NCBI GenBank assembly: GCA_964409335.1
Contig: CAYPCW010000001.1
Span: 31,570 to 95,569 of the forward strand
Length of the DNA: 64,000 nucleotides
Reading direction: 5' to 3'
Origin: an uncultured bacterium
GTDB taxonomy: Bacteria > Fidelibacterota > Marinisomatia > SCGC-AAA003-L08 > JACNLC01
The position numbers were made by a program, and so were the translations under genes. This document shows, one piece after another, positions 18,449 through 28,147 of the stretch. A model generated the notes under the pieces. It was given only the letters and a program-made list of their open reading frames with translations, ran no database searches and was not told the DNA's origin. The number at the start of each line of letters is the position of its first letter. The stretch's first letter is position 1.

Positions 18449-19093
18449 CTAATGAATACCTGCAAACAGATACATAAATATATTTAGAAACGGTTGCAAA
18501 AACCATCCTAGAATATGAATGTTCGTAAAATATCCCAAAACAATCACACCCAATAATATTCTCGGTCCAAACACTTGTAGATTATGTACTAAATCAGGAT
18601 ATTTATGCTCAAGTAACCCGGAAAATATCCTGGACCCGTCAAGGGGGGGCAGCGGGATCAGATTGAATACTGCCAGCATAATATTGATCTGGACAAACCA
18701 AATTAGTAATAATGGAATACTCCCGCCCAGACTCGCTTCGAAATAAGTCGTATATCCAGTCAGGCGCAGCAATAATCCGCCTACCAATGCCAGCAAAAGA
18801 TTTGACAATGGCCCGGCGAATGCGACTTTCATCATATCCAGACGCATATTTCTTAGATTAAATGGATTCACTGGTACCGGTTTTGCCCACCCAAAGCCGA
18901 CAAATAAAATCATAAGTGCTCCCACCGGGTCAAGATGGGCTATCGGGTTCAGGGTAAGCCTGCCCATTCTGGCAGCCGTGTCATCACCCAACTTGTAAGC
19001 CACCCAGGCATGGGAAAACTCATGAAAGCAGAGCGCAAACAAAAGGGTTGGCAGTAATAAAATGAGTACGTCAAGTGGTAGTCTGAATAACAT
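18449..19093 (-). CDS. site-2 protease family (M50) membrane metalloprotease
   Basis: HEFSHAW zinc motif in TM1 and a polytopic 214-aa protein with a LIPLPPLDG motif. Confidence 0.8.
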   Translation of the reverse strand: MLFRLPLDVLILLLPTLLFALCFHEFSHAWVAYKLGDDTAARMGRLTLNPIAHLDPVGALMILFVGFGWAKPVPVNPFNLRNMRLDMMKVAFAGPLSNLLLALVGGLLLRLTGYTTYFEASLGGSIPLLLIWFVQINIMLAVFNLIPLPPLDGSRIFSGLLEHKYPDLVHNLQVFGPRILLGVIVLGYFTNIHILGWFLQPFLNIFMYLFAGIH

Positions 19094-20044
19094 TTATCCT
19101 CTCGGGTGATATTGCTTGTGAATTTCTTTTAAATGAATTTTATCCACATGCGTATAAATTTGGGTCGTAATGATGCTTGCATGTCCCAACATTTCCTGAA
19201 CAATTCGTAAATCCGCTCCCCCTTCCAGCATGTGGGTCGCAAAACTATGACGAAGAGAATGGGGACTGACATTTTTTGTAATACCTGCTTTTACCGCTTG
19301 TATGTGAAAGATGTTCCAGATACTCATTCGGGAAAGTGGACTCCCCCTGAGGTTTAGAAAAACGATTCCTTTGGAATCTCTTTTTCTTGCTAATCGGGGT
19401 CGAAGCAGGCGGGTATAGCCGAGGATATCCGATAAGGCAATATCCCCCACTGGAGCATACCTTTCTTTGTTGCCTTTACCCAGAATGCGGACCAGTCCTT
19501 CTTCGGCGAAGATATCCATTAGTTTCAGATGAATTAGTTCTGAAACCCTTAATCCGGATGCATAAAGCAGACAGAGGATTGCCCGGTCACGAATACCTGT
19601 TTTTATTTCCATATCCACTGAATCAATAATGGCTTCCACTTCTTTTACACTGAGGACTTCGGGTAATTTTTTCTCAATTTTCGGTGCTGATAAAAGTTGT
19701 GTTGGATCTTTACGGGTTAGGTTTTCGTCCAATAAATATTGGTGAAATCCTTTCAACGCAGAATAGGATCGCAGAATACTGCTTTTTCGAAGACCGATAT
19801 TATCTGAATGTTTCATTGGGATCATCGTCAGCATTTTCACAAATTCCCGAATTTGATCCAGTTTAATATTTTTGGGGTGGGAGAGTCCGAAAGTCGTATT
19901 TAAATAATCCGTATACCGCCGTAAATCTGTCCAGTATGCATTTATGGTGTTTTGGGACAACCTTCGTTCAAATTGCAAATGAAGCAGATAGTGTTTTGCA
20001 AATTGATGTAAAGGATTAATTGGTTGTGAATCCTGTTTATTGAT
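19094..20044 (-). CDS. xerD: tyrosine recombinase XerC/XerD
   Basis: N-terminal SAM-like domain (ERRLSQNTINAY). Catalytic R...HSLRHSFATH...Y residues are present. The track ORF starts at TTG 19978. The frame is open back to the upstream TAG at 20045-20047 and encodes a conserved first helix (see findings). Confidence 0.85.
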   Translation of the reverse strand: MNKQDSQPINPLHQFAKHYLLHLQFERRLSQNTINAYWTDLRRYTDYLNTTFGLSHPKNIKLDQIREFVKMLTMIPMKHSDNIGLRKSSILRSYSALKGFHQYLLDENLTRKDPTQLLSAPKIEKKLPEVLSVKEVEAIIDSVDMEIKTGIRDRAILCLLYASGLRVSELIHLKLMDIFAEEGLVRILGKGNKERYAPVGDIALSDILGYTRLLRPRLARKRDSKGIVFLNLRGSPLSRMSIWNIFHIQAVKAGITKNVSPHSLRHSFATHMLEGGADLRIVQEMLGHASIITTQIYTHVDKIHLKEIHKQYHPRG

Positions 20045-20797
20045 CTATGACTCCAAAAAATGGATTGATTTAACGACGGAATTTAATTTAAACGGGTCCC
20101 GGCATTTTTCCAGGAGGCTTCCTATGACTATGTAACCCGCGCCTGCAGAGACCAATTTTGAGGCTGTCTGCTCATCTCGTATCCCGCCCCCAGCCACCAC
20201 CGGAATTTGAACTTTTTGGCTGATCACCTTAACCAAAGATTCCGGCACAGGATGCCGTGCACCGCTCCCCGCTTCGAGAAATACCAGCTTTGAGCCTAAA
20301 TACTGCCCGGCAAGCGCATGCGCCAAAATGATATCATGTTTTTCAGACGGCAACGGATTGGTATTGCTCATGACTTGCACCGAAGATTTGACACCACCGT
20401 CAATGAGCAGGTAACTGGTGGGGATCGCCTCGATACCGAGATTATAAATGACCGGCGCTGACTGCACCTGTTCACCGATCAGGTATTGAGGGTTACGCCC
20501 GCTGTGGAGAGATAAAAATAGCACGGCATCCGCAGTCCGTGATAATTGTCGGGAAGAACCCGGGAAAATAATGATCGGCAGGCTGGTCATCTCACGGATT
20601 TTCTCCATCCGAACTTCAAAACCGTCATCCATGATCAGACTTCCGCCAACCAGAATCGCATCGAATCCGGCTTGATTGACCCCATGGGTCATTTTATGAA
20701 GAAATTCATCGTTCTTCAGGTCAGGATCGATGAGCGCCAATGCCACCGCCCCCTTAACCCGGCGAAATTTTTCCAGAGTTTCGAAGGTATTAGTCAT
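20045..20797 (-). CDS. geranylgeranylglyceryl / heptaprenylglyceryl phosphate synthase family protein (GGGPS/PcrB)
   Basis: 250-aa TIM-barrel-type protein with AILVGGS, IIFPGS, FLEAGSGA and VAGGGIR segments characteristic of the GGGPS family. Confidence 0.8.
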   Translation of the reverse strand: MTNTFETLEKFRRVKGAVALALIDPDLKNDEFLHKMTHGVNQAGFDAILVGGSLIMDDGFEVRMEKIREMTSLPIIIFPGSSRQLSRTADAVLFLSLHSGRNPQYLIGEQVQSAPVIYNLGIEAIPTSYLLIDGGVKSSVQVMSNTNPLPSEKHDIILAHALAGQYLGSKLVFLEAGSGARHPVPESLVKVISQKVQIPVVAGGGIRDEQTASKLVSAGAGYIVIGSLLEKCRDPFKLNSVVKSIHFLES

Positions 20798-20844
20798 CCT
20801 TGAAGTGATTCCATTATTTGAATGAATACCAATATTTACACCTG

Positions 20845-22179
20845 TTATCTAACACTTTGTTTCCGTAGAAATTGGATCAGCGTATCCATTTCTTTTTTAC
20901 TGCGTTTCTCAGTCACAGCAAGTAAAATTAATCTGTCTGTTTGATCACCCTCTGCAATTGAGAAGAAAATCTCCTCTTTTTCGGCTGTGTCAACTATGTC
21001 TCTTGCCGAAACCGGCGTGGTCACGGCAAATTCCTTGATAAATTGCTTTCCAAATGGAATTTGGAAACCGGGGATTTTAATAATTTGATCTGCGAGATAA
21101 TGGGCTTTATTGAAACATAATTTCATGAGGGATTTAATATTTTCTTTACCCATTAATGTGAGATAGATGGTTGCCCGAAGCGCCATCAGACCCTGGTTTG
21201 TACAAATATTGGATGTTGCATTTTCCCGTCGGATATGCTGTTCGCGGGTCTGAAAAGTGAGAACAAACCCTTCTTTTCCATCCACGTCGGTTGTTTTCCC
21301 GGAGATACGCCCCGGCATTTTTCGAACCAGGTTCATCCGGGTTGCCATGAGCCCTAAATACGGCCCACCGTAGGATAAGGGGTTTCCCAAGGATTGTCCT
21401 TCTCCCACATAGATATGAGCGCCACAATCACCGGGTGATTTCAGCATGACCATATCCAGCGGATTACTCACAGCAATCAACAACCCTTTTTTGTCACCCA
21501 GTGCGGTTGAGACAGCAGTCCAATCTTCAATGACACCATAATAATTGGGAGATTGGATAACGACGCATGCCACATCGTCCACATTGTCTGCGATGGAAGT
21601 TATATCTGTCTTACCATGGTCTACAGGCAGGTTTATGATCTCAACATTCCGGTTTTGAAGGTAGGTTTTGACCACCTCTATGGTTGAGGGATGCAGCAAT
21701 CCTGAAAGGGCAACAATTTTCTTACCGGTAGCAGATAGTGCCATTGAACACGCTTCAGCAACTGCTGATGCACCATCAAATAACGAGGCATTGGCAACTT
21801 CCATTCCGGAAAGTTCACAAATCATGGATTGAAATTCATACATGACCTGAAGAGTGCCCTGACTCACTTCTGCCTGATAGGGAGTGTAAGCGGTATAAAA
21901 TTCTGACCGGCCTGATATAAAATCGACAACAGCTGGAATGTAATGATCGTATGCGCCGCCACCCATAAAAAGCATTCCTTCTGAGGCATGAACATTCGTC
22001 AATGAGCGTTTTTTGCTTTCAGTCCATAAATCAAATTCTGACAATCCCTCCCCGATCCCCATTTCATGTTTCAGGCGAATCGGTTCGGGTATAATATTGA
22101 GGATGTCTTCAATGGATGGAATACCCATCTGCCGCAGCATTTCATTTTCAATTTCCGGGGTTATGGGAATAAATTGCAT
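20845..22179 (-). CDS. gcvPA: glycine dehydrogenase (aminomethyl-transferring) subunit 1
   Basis: 444 aa with the typical split P-protein N-terminal subunit sequence (MQFIPITP..., YTPYQAEVSQG). Confidence 0.95.
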   Translation of the reverse strand: MQFIPITPEIENEMLRQMGIPSIEDILNIIPEPIRLKHEMGIGEGLSEFDLWTESKKRSLTNVHASEGMLFMGGGAYDHYIPAVVDFISGRSEFYTAYTPYQAEVSQGTLQVMYEFQSMICELSGMEVANASLFDGASAVAEACSMALSATGKKIVALSGLLHPSTIEVVKTYLQNRNVEIINLPVDHGKTDITSIADNVDDVACVVIQSPNYYGVIEDWTAVSTALGDKKGLLIAVSNPLDMVMLKSPGDCGAHIYVGEGQSLGNPLSYGGPYLGLMATRMNLVRKMPGRISGKTTDVDGKEGFVLTFQTREQHIRRENATSNICTNQGLMALRATIYLTLMGKENIKSLMKLCFNKAHYLADQIIKIPGFQIPFGKQFIKEFAVTTPVSARDIVDTAEKEEIFFSIAEGDQTDRLILLAVTEKRSKKEMDTLIQFLRKQSVR

Positions 22180-22556
22180 CAGCTGATAAACCCTTTATAG
22201 GCATCACCATCCATCATGTCGTCTAAATCGGATGTATCACGCATATTTAATTTGATGATCCACCCTTTTCCATACGGGTCGGTATTTACATTTTCCGGAT
22301 GGTCTTCAAGCTCCGGATTGATCTCAAGTATTTCACCGGACACGGGTGTAAACAGGTCTGCGACGGTCTTAACGGCTTCAACAGTACCGAACGCGTCACC
22401 TTTTTCAAATGAATCCCCCACCTCCGGAAATTCAATAAAAATAATATCTCCAAGTTCACTCTGGGCAAAATCAGTAATGCCAAGAGTAACAATATCGTTC
22501 TCAACCTTTACCCACTCATGGTCGCCTGAGTATTTTAAATTCGACGGTACATTCAT
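22179..22556 (-). CDS. gcvH: glycine cleavage system H protein
   Basis: 125 aa with the lipoyl-attachment motif EAVKTVADL and HEWV near the N-terminus. Confidence 0.95.
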   Translation of the reverse strand: MNVPSNLKYSGDHEWVKVENDIVTLGITDFAQSELGDIIFIEFPEVGDSFEKGDAFGTVEAVKTVADLFTPVSGEILEINPELEDHPENVNTDPYGKGWIIKLNMRDTSDLDDMMDGDAYKGFIS

Positions 22557-23917
22557 ATTTTCTTCCCTTTCTCTGGTATGTATTCAAAATGATCCAGGAA
22601 TCCGGTGTGAAAGTCACCGGACTGAAATTTTGGATCGTTCAATATTTGCTTGTGGAATGGAATACTGGTATGTATTCCCTCAATGATACATTCGTCCAAT
22701 GCTCCTTTCATTCGTTGGATTGCTTCTATCCGGTTAGGGGAGCGTACGATAATTTTTGCGATCATAGAGTCATAATTGGGTGGAATCCGGTATCCGGCAT
22801 ATGCATGGGTATCCACCCGAATACCTTTCCCACCGGGCATATGGAAACTTGTGATGACACCCGGCGAGGGCAGAAAGTTTTTATCCGGATTTTCAGCGTT
22901 GATCCTGCATTCAATGGAATGTCCGCGCAATTTCATGTTTCCCATCCAATCCGGTATTTTTTCACCCCCATGACAGCGGATCTGTTCTTTGATCAGATCA
23001 ATACCGACGACCATTTCGGTGACCGGGTGCTCCACCTGAATACGCGTATTCATTTCCATAAAGTAGAAATCACCCTTTGAATCCAGTAAAAATTCGATGG
23101 TGCCGGCGCCCAGATAGTTGACCGCTTTTGCACCGGCTATTGCCGATTTATACAATTGCTGACGAATATCTTCAGTGACTGCCGATGAAGGTGACTCTTC
23201 AATTAGTTTTTGATGACGTCGCTGTATTGAACACTCCCGCTCGCCCAGGGCATAGCAGTTGCCAAAACTGTCTGCAAGAATCTGTACTTCGATATGACGG
23301 GGTTCAACGAGATATTTTTCAAGATACAAATCCCCGTTTTTAAATGCGGACATGGCCTCCTGTTGTGCCATTCGATACCCGGTCACCAGTTCTTCCTGAT
23401 TATTCGCCAGTCTCATGCCCTTTCCGCCACCGCCGGCTGTCGCTTTGAGAATGACGGGATATCCGATCTCCTGGGCAAGGGCGATGGCCTGGTTATGGGA
23501 GATCAGGATGCTGCCCGAGCCGGGTATTACCGGAATATTCACTGACCTCATGGTGTTTTTTGCATTGGCTTTGTCCCCCATGGCATTGATAGTATCCGGT
23601 GGAGGACCAATGAAGGTCACTTTATGATCGTGGCATATCGCTGAAAATTCGGCGTTTTCCGCCAAAAATCCGTATCCCGGGTGGATGGCATCAGCAGCCG
23701 TAATTTCAGCGGCGGACATGATCGCCGGGATGTTCAGATAGCTTTTGGAACTCTCGCCGGGTCCGATACAAATGGCTTCATCAGCGAATTTGACATGGAG
23801 GGAAAGGGAGTCAACTGTGGAGTATACTGCGACGGTGGGAATATTCAGTTCACGACAAGCACGAATAATACGAAGCGCTATTTCGCCCCGGTTTGCAATG
23901 AGGATCTTTTTAAACAT
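22553..23917 (-). CDS. accC: acetyl-CoA carboxylase biotin carboxylase subunit
   Basis: [12 protein letters not shown]-terminus, ATP-grasp GGGGKGMR and [14 protein letters not shown] motifs. Confidence 0.95.
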   Translation of the reverse strand: MFKKILIANRGEIALRIIRACRELNIPTVAVYSTVDSLSLHVKFADEAICIGPGESSKSYLNIPAIMSAAEITAADAIHPGYGFLAENAEFSAICHDHKVTFIGPPPDTINAMGDKANAKNTMRSVNIPVIPGSGSILISHNQAIALAQEIGYPVILKATAGGGGKGMRLANNQEELVTGYRMAQQEAMSAFKNGDLYLEKYLVEPRHIEVQILADSFGNCYALGERECSIQRRHQKLIEESPSSAVTEDIRQQLYKSAIAGAKAVNYLGAGTIEFLLDSKGDFYFMEMNTRIQVEHPVTEMVVGIDLIKEQIRCHGGEKIPDWMGNMKLRGHSIECRINAENPDKNFLPSPGVITSFHMPGGKGIRVDTHAYAGYRIPPNYDSMIAKIIVRSPNRIEAIQRMKGALDECIIEGIHTSIPFHKQILNDPKFQSGDFHTGFLDHFEYIPEKGKKI

Positions 23918-23922
23918 AGATA

Positions 23923-24375
23923 TTAAAGCGATTCGACAACAAACAGGGGTTGATCAAACTCAACCGGCTGTTCATTTTGAACCAGTATCTGGGTGATGCG
24001 TCCGGAAATATCAGCCTCTATTTCGTTAAATATCTTCATCGCCTCAATTATACAAACTACCTGCCCGGGATTAACAATATCACCTGCCTTTATATATGGA
24101 GAATCACCGGGTTTACTGGCAGAATAAAAAGTCCCAACGAGCGGAGCTTTTATTTCATGCAGGGTCGTCTTTGGTGGGGGAACTTCTGCGGGCTCAATTA
24201 CGGGAGAAGATTCCACGACTTTTCCGGTGGCAATTTTCTGTACGGGAACGCTGGGACTCTGAGTTTTTGATATTCTTATTTTTTTAAATCCCCAGAATGA
24301 AGCGATTTCGATTTCAGTTACGCCTGAGTTTTCAACCAGTGCGATCAGGTCCTGAATTTTTTGTTTACTATACAT
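23923..24375 (-). CDS. accB: acetyl-CoA carboxylase biotin carboxyl carrier protein
   Basis: [10 protein letters not shown] biotinylation motif. The track start at 24447 overlaps efp. The ATG at 24375 ([24 protein letters not shown]), preceded by AGGA, matches AccB N-termini. Confidence 0.9.
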   Translation of the reverse strand: MYSKQKIQDLIALVENSGVTEIEIASFWGFKKIRISKTQSPSVPVQKIATGKVVESSPVIEPAEVPPPKTTLHEIKAPLVGTFYSASKPGDSPYIKAGDIVNPGQVVCIIEAMKIFNEIEADISGRITQILVQNEQPVEFDQPLFVVESL

Positions 24376-24415
24376 ATTATTCCTAAAAAATCGTGATTTA
24401 TCACTAAAACTGGAT

Positions 24416-24979
24416 TTAGGATTTGACTCGTTCGATATATCTGCCATCCCGGGTGTCTACTCGAATCGTTTCACCTCCCTGAACAAAAAGCGGAACCTGG
24501 ATAATAACGCCCGTTTCAAGGGTTGCAGGTTTCGTGCCTCCGCTTGCGGTATTCCCCTTTTCTCCCGGGTCAGTTTCGGTAATTTTCAGGTTTAGATGCT
24601 GAGGTATGCGTACTTCAATTGGCTCCGTTCCGTTAAATGCGATGGTCGTCGGCGTGTTCTCAACCAAATAATTCAGGACATCATCAATCTGGCTGGCGCT
24701 CAAATGGATTTGTTCAAATGTTTCATTGTCCATGAAATAATAGAACTCACCATCGTTATACATATAATTGTAGTCTCTTGCTTCAAGTCTGACAAAATCT
24801 ATTTTTTCACCCGATCGAAATGTCTCATCGACGACTTGTCCGGTTCTCACATTTTTAAGTTTAGTACGAACAAAGGCCGGACCTTTCCCTGGTTTAACAT
24901 GTAGAAATTCAACGATTTTCCATAAGTTGTCCTTCCACTGAAAAATTACACCATTTTTAAAATCAGAAGTCGTTGCCAT
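24416..24979 (-). CDS. efp: elongation factor P
   Basis: 187 aa with the HVKPGKG loop and typical three-domain EF-P sequence. Confidence 0.95.
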   Translation of the reverse strand: MATTSDFKNGVIFQWKDNLWKIVEFLHVKPGKGPAFVRTKLKNVRTGQVVDETFRSGEKIDFVRLEARDYNYMYNDGEFYYFMDNETFEQIHLSASQIDDVLNYLVENTPTTIAFNGTEPIEVRIPQHLNLKITETDPGEKGNTASGGTKPATLETGVIIQVPLFVQGGETIRVDTRDGRYIERVKS

Positions 24980-25268
24980 AAATTCCTTTAGTATTATTGC
25001 GTAAAATAAAGGGTAAATTTACAATCAAGGCGTTATCGCATACAATAAATGGAGACCTTCTCTCAAGTAAATTCGACCTGATTTCAGAGTCCCCCGCATG
25101 GAGGCAGGTTTAATAAATTTATCTCAAAATGGCTTTACCAAAAACGGAATACGGTGACTCTCTTTGTTGTCTTTGATAAATTAACAAACCGTGATGACGC
25201 TGTGTTCTTTGGGTTTTATCGGCCAGTTTGATACATGATCAGAAGTCATCCCTAAAGTAATTTTCACA

Positions 25269-26882
25269 ATGGAATTTACCCTGTTTTCACCTGATATTTT
25301 TACCGAATTACCGTTTCTTTTATTATATACGGAAATGCATTTTCGTTTTAGACTGACCGGCAGCCGGTATTTCAAACCTGAACCCGAGATCCTCGCAGAT
25401 ATCCCTCACAGGATCAATTTGAATACGTCTATACCTTTAATGTTGTTGGTAAAAGATGCGGATAGATATCCGATTTTTTTGGAAAATATTCATATTCGTA
25501 TTCGAAATGAAAATGGGTTAAACAGAGAAGACGTCATCGAATTTAACCAACATATCACCGATCATTTCTGGAGTGAATCCCTCGAAATTTCAAGGGACGG
25601 GTTAAACCAATCGCTTTTCATTGAGGTCCTGTTTAATTATGAGGTGAACGGGATGAAGAAGTCCTGCATCAACCATAATCTTGCTCTGCTCCCTTCATCG
25701 CCCATGGAGGTATATTTAAACCGGGCGCCCATGCCGGGTGAAGGGAAAATTTATTGGGGTGATCTTCATTATCATAGCCAACTCACGGAAGATATGGTTG
25801 AATTCGGAGCGCCGCTTCGTCAAACCGTAGCTGCGGGAAAGTCACTTGGTTTGTCGTTTTTTTGTCCCACTGATCATTCTTATGATCTGGATGATCTGCC
25901 AGGTTCGTGGATCATCAGCGATCCGGATCTTCAAAAATGGAATCATTCCCGCAGAGAAATTGAGAGAATAAATGAATCTCATCCATCATGTCTGGTGATC
26001 CCGTCAGAAGAGGTTACGGTACGAAATTCGCACGGGCATAATATTCATGTGTTAGTATTAAATGCACCTGACTTTATTCCCGGCTCGGGTGATGGTGCAG
26101 AACATCCATTTCAGACGAGATCCGAACATTCGATCAGGAGTTTATCAGGAGCGGTATCCGCCTCAGCCATGATGATTGCGGCACACCCATTTACCCCGAC
26201 ACCGTTTTTTCAATGGTTCGTAATCAATAGAGGAAAATGGGAAAAAGAAGACTGTTTGCAGACCCATATTTCCGGATTTCAGATCATGAATGGAAGTCAT
26301 GATGCCGGATTTGTCCGTGGCAGGGAAATTTGGCTGAAATTTCTTAAAGCCGGGTATCGAAAATTTATTTATGCGGGGAATGATGCACATGGAAATTTTA
26401 ACCGATTCAGGCAGATTCATCTACCGATGGTATCGTTATGGGAAAAAAGGGCGCAGATTTTCGGTGAATGGAAAACAGGTGTTTTTGCCACAGAACACTC
26501 GGTGATAAAAATCATTGAAGGGCTTCGGGCAGGACAATGTATCATCTCAGATGGCCCGTTTATCTCATTTCACATTAGCGCCGGGGGATACACCTTTTTA
26601 CCGGGGCAAATATGCGCCTTTCAAAATTTTACTCTGAATATCACTGGTGAGTCATCATTAGATTATGGTAAAATATTGTGGATAAAGATATTTAAGGGAA
26701 AATTGGGTGAAAATGAAAATTGCATCAAACTCATCCGCCCTGAAAAATCGGTATTAAAGGTCGAACATCAGGGTATTAAAGCGGAATATTCACCCTGCTA
26801 CTTTCGGGTTGAACTTGAGACTGAAGGTTTTGAAAAAAACCATTTTGCCATGACCAACCCCATCTGGGTTGAACCCAAATGA
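25269..26882 (+). CDS. PHP-domain (CehA/McbA-like) metallohydrolase with uncharacterised N- and C-terminal extensions
   Basis: 537 aa. GDLHYHS...TED, PTDHSYD, HVLV, AAHPF and GNDAHG form a PHP-type metal-ligand series. The start is uncertain (25269 or the internal ATG at 25335). Confidence 0.55.
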   Translation: MEFTLFSPDIFTELPFLLLYTEMHFRFRLTGSRYFKPEPEILADIPHRINLNTSIPLMLLVKDADRYPIFLENIHIRIRNENGLNREDVIEFNQHITDHFWSESLEISRDGLNQSLFIEVLFNYEVNGMKKSCINHNLALLPSSPMEVYLNRAPMPGEGKIYWGDLHYHSQLTEDMVEFGAPLRQTVAAGKSLGLSFFCPTDHSYDLDDLPGSWIISDPDLQKWNHSRREIERINESHPSCLVIPSEEVTVRNSHGHNIHVLVLNAPDFIPGSGDGAEHPFQTRSEHSIRSLSGAVSASAMMIAAHPFTPTPFFQWFVINRGKWEKEDCLQTHISGFQIMNGSHDAGFVRGREIWLKFLKAGYRKFIYAGNDAHGNFNRFRQIHLPMVSLWEKRAQIFGEWKTGVFATEHSVIKIIEGLRAGQCIISDGPFISFHISAGGYTFLPGQICAFQNFTLNITGESSLDYGKILWIKIFKGKLGENENCIKLIRPEKSVLKVEHQGIKAEYSPCYFRVELETEGFEKNHFAMTNPIWVEPK

Positions 26883-26906
26883 ATCTGAAGGATAGTAGGG
26901 TAAAGA

Positions 26907-27515
26907 TCAGTAGAGGAAGCTGATATCCCCTTTCCCTTTGCGAAGAACATTAACCTCATCATCTTTAATCTCAAGAACCGTGGATGGCTCAGACATGCTC
27001 AAACCATCAGAAAAAACATATTTGATCTGGTTTTGATATATTTCGTGAATGACCTCCGGATCTGAAATCGCAATTTGGTCATCAGAAGTGATTGTGGTTG
27101 AAATTATAGGTGCACCAAATTCCTGAACCAGAGTAAGTGCAAATTCATTTTCAGGGATACGGATCCCGACGGTTTTTTGTTTTGTGACCAGCATTTTGGG
27201 GACTTTATTTGTTGCCGGTAAAACAATGGTGTATGGTCCCGGAAAAATACTTTTCATCACCTTATAGCCATAATTCGAAATTTTGGCATATTCTGCGATT
27301 TGAGAAAAATCATGGCAGATAAAACTCAGAGGTTTTTTCCGGTCTATTTTTCGAAGTGCGTAGATTTTCTCGATCGCCATTTTATTAAAAATATCACATC
27401 CCAATCCATACAGCGTATCTGTTGGGTACACAATGAGGTCTCCGTTCTTCAATGCTTCCAAAGCGTGTCGAATATGTCTCAGATTCGGATTTTCGGAGTG
27501 AACAGAAATAATCAT
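26907..27515 (-). CDS. tsaC: L-threonylcarbamoyladenylate synthase (YrdC/TsaC family)
   Basis: 202 aa with YPTDTLYGLGCD and KKPLSF/...RIP motifs of the YrdC domain. Confidence 0.9.
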   Translation of the reverse strand: MIISVHSENPNLRHIRHALEALKNGDLIVYPTDTLYGLGCDIFNKMAIEKIYALRKIDRKKPLSFICHDFSQIAEYAKISNYGYKVMKSIFPGPYTIVLPATNKVPKMLVTKQKTVGIRIPENEFALTLVQEFGAPIISTTITSDDQIAISDPEVIHEIYQNQIKYVFSDGLSMSEPSTVLEIKDDEVNVLRKGKGDISFLY

Positions 27516-27559
27516 GAATAACTCCTTTCAGCGATGTTGTTAAAAACAATTACAGTGAA

Positions 27560-28135
27560 TTAATCGGTGGGTTTGAGATCACCCAAATTTAGAGAAAGGT
27601 TGATATTTAAATTGATGTAATGTTTCCCACCACCTAAAGCGGCGACATGAACTTCCGGAAAGCTGGTAAACGGAATACTAAATTCTTTCATGTAATCTTT
27701 TAAGGATAACTCAAGGTTTATTCGGTCCGCCAGTGCGACTTGTAAGCCAATACCCAAAATAAAGTAAATTTTATCGATATCATTGATTGTCATACTTGCC
27801 GCCCCCACCGACGCAAGCCCTTTAACCCCATTATTTTCTGTCATGCGAAAGTTCTTATACCGGTTCATGTAAACAGATATTAAACTGACGGATTCCTCAT
27901 CTAAACTGCTATATTCAGGTGAAGGTGTGTTTTTATATGTTTTATACTCCATCGCCAAACCGATACTCTGATTCAGGACGTACTCCCCGTTTACGCCCAG
28001 GATCTTCGTATCTGAGTAATTATTTCCTCCAATATTTCTGCCTATAATAAACCCGGCATTCAAAGGTCGATAATATCCGATTTCTGCAAACGAAAATGAG
28101 ATCAGTATAAGCAAAATAATCAAATAATTTTTCAT
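27560..28135 (-). CDS. putative small outer-membrane beta-barrel protein
   Basis: 191 aa with a signal peptide (MKNYLIILLILISFSFA) and alternating hydrophobic/polar strands rich in G/N/Y. No terminal aromatic beta-signal, so the call is tentative. Confidence 0.4.
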   Translation of the reverse strand: MKNYLIILLILISFSFAEIGYYRPLNAGFIIGRNIGGNNYSDTKILGVNGEYVLNQSIGLAMEYKTYKNTPSPEYSSLDEESVSLISVYMNRYKNFRMTENNGVKGLASVGAASMTINDIDKIYFILGIGLQVALADRINLELSLKDYMKEFSIPFTSFPEVHVAALGGGKHYINLNINLSLNLGDLKPTD

Positions 28136-28147
28136 GATAACTTCCTT

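Noticed and set aside
19094-20044. The tyrosine recombinase as a marker of an integrated mobile element.
   Set aside because: The sequence is XerC/XerD-like (ERRLSQNTINAY N-domain, full catalytic set). It is flanked by housekeeping genes with abutting stops and starts. There are no flanking repeats, tRNA target, phage genes or transposase genes.
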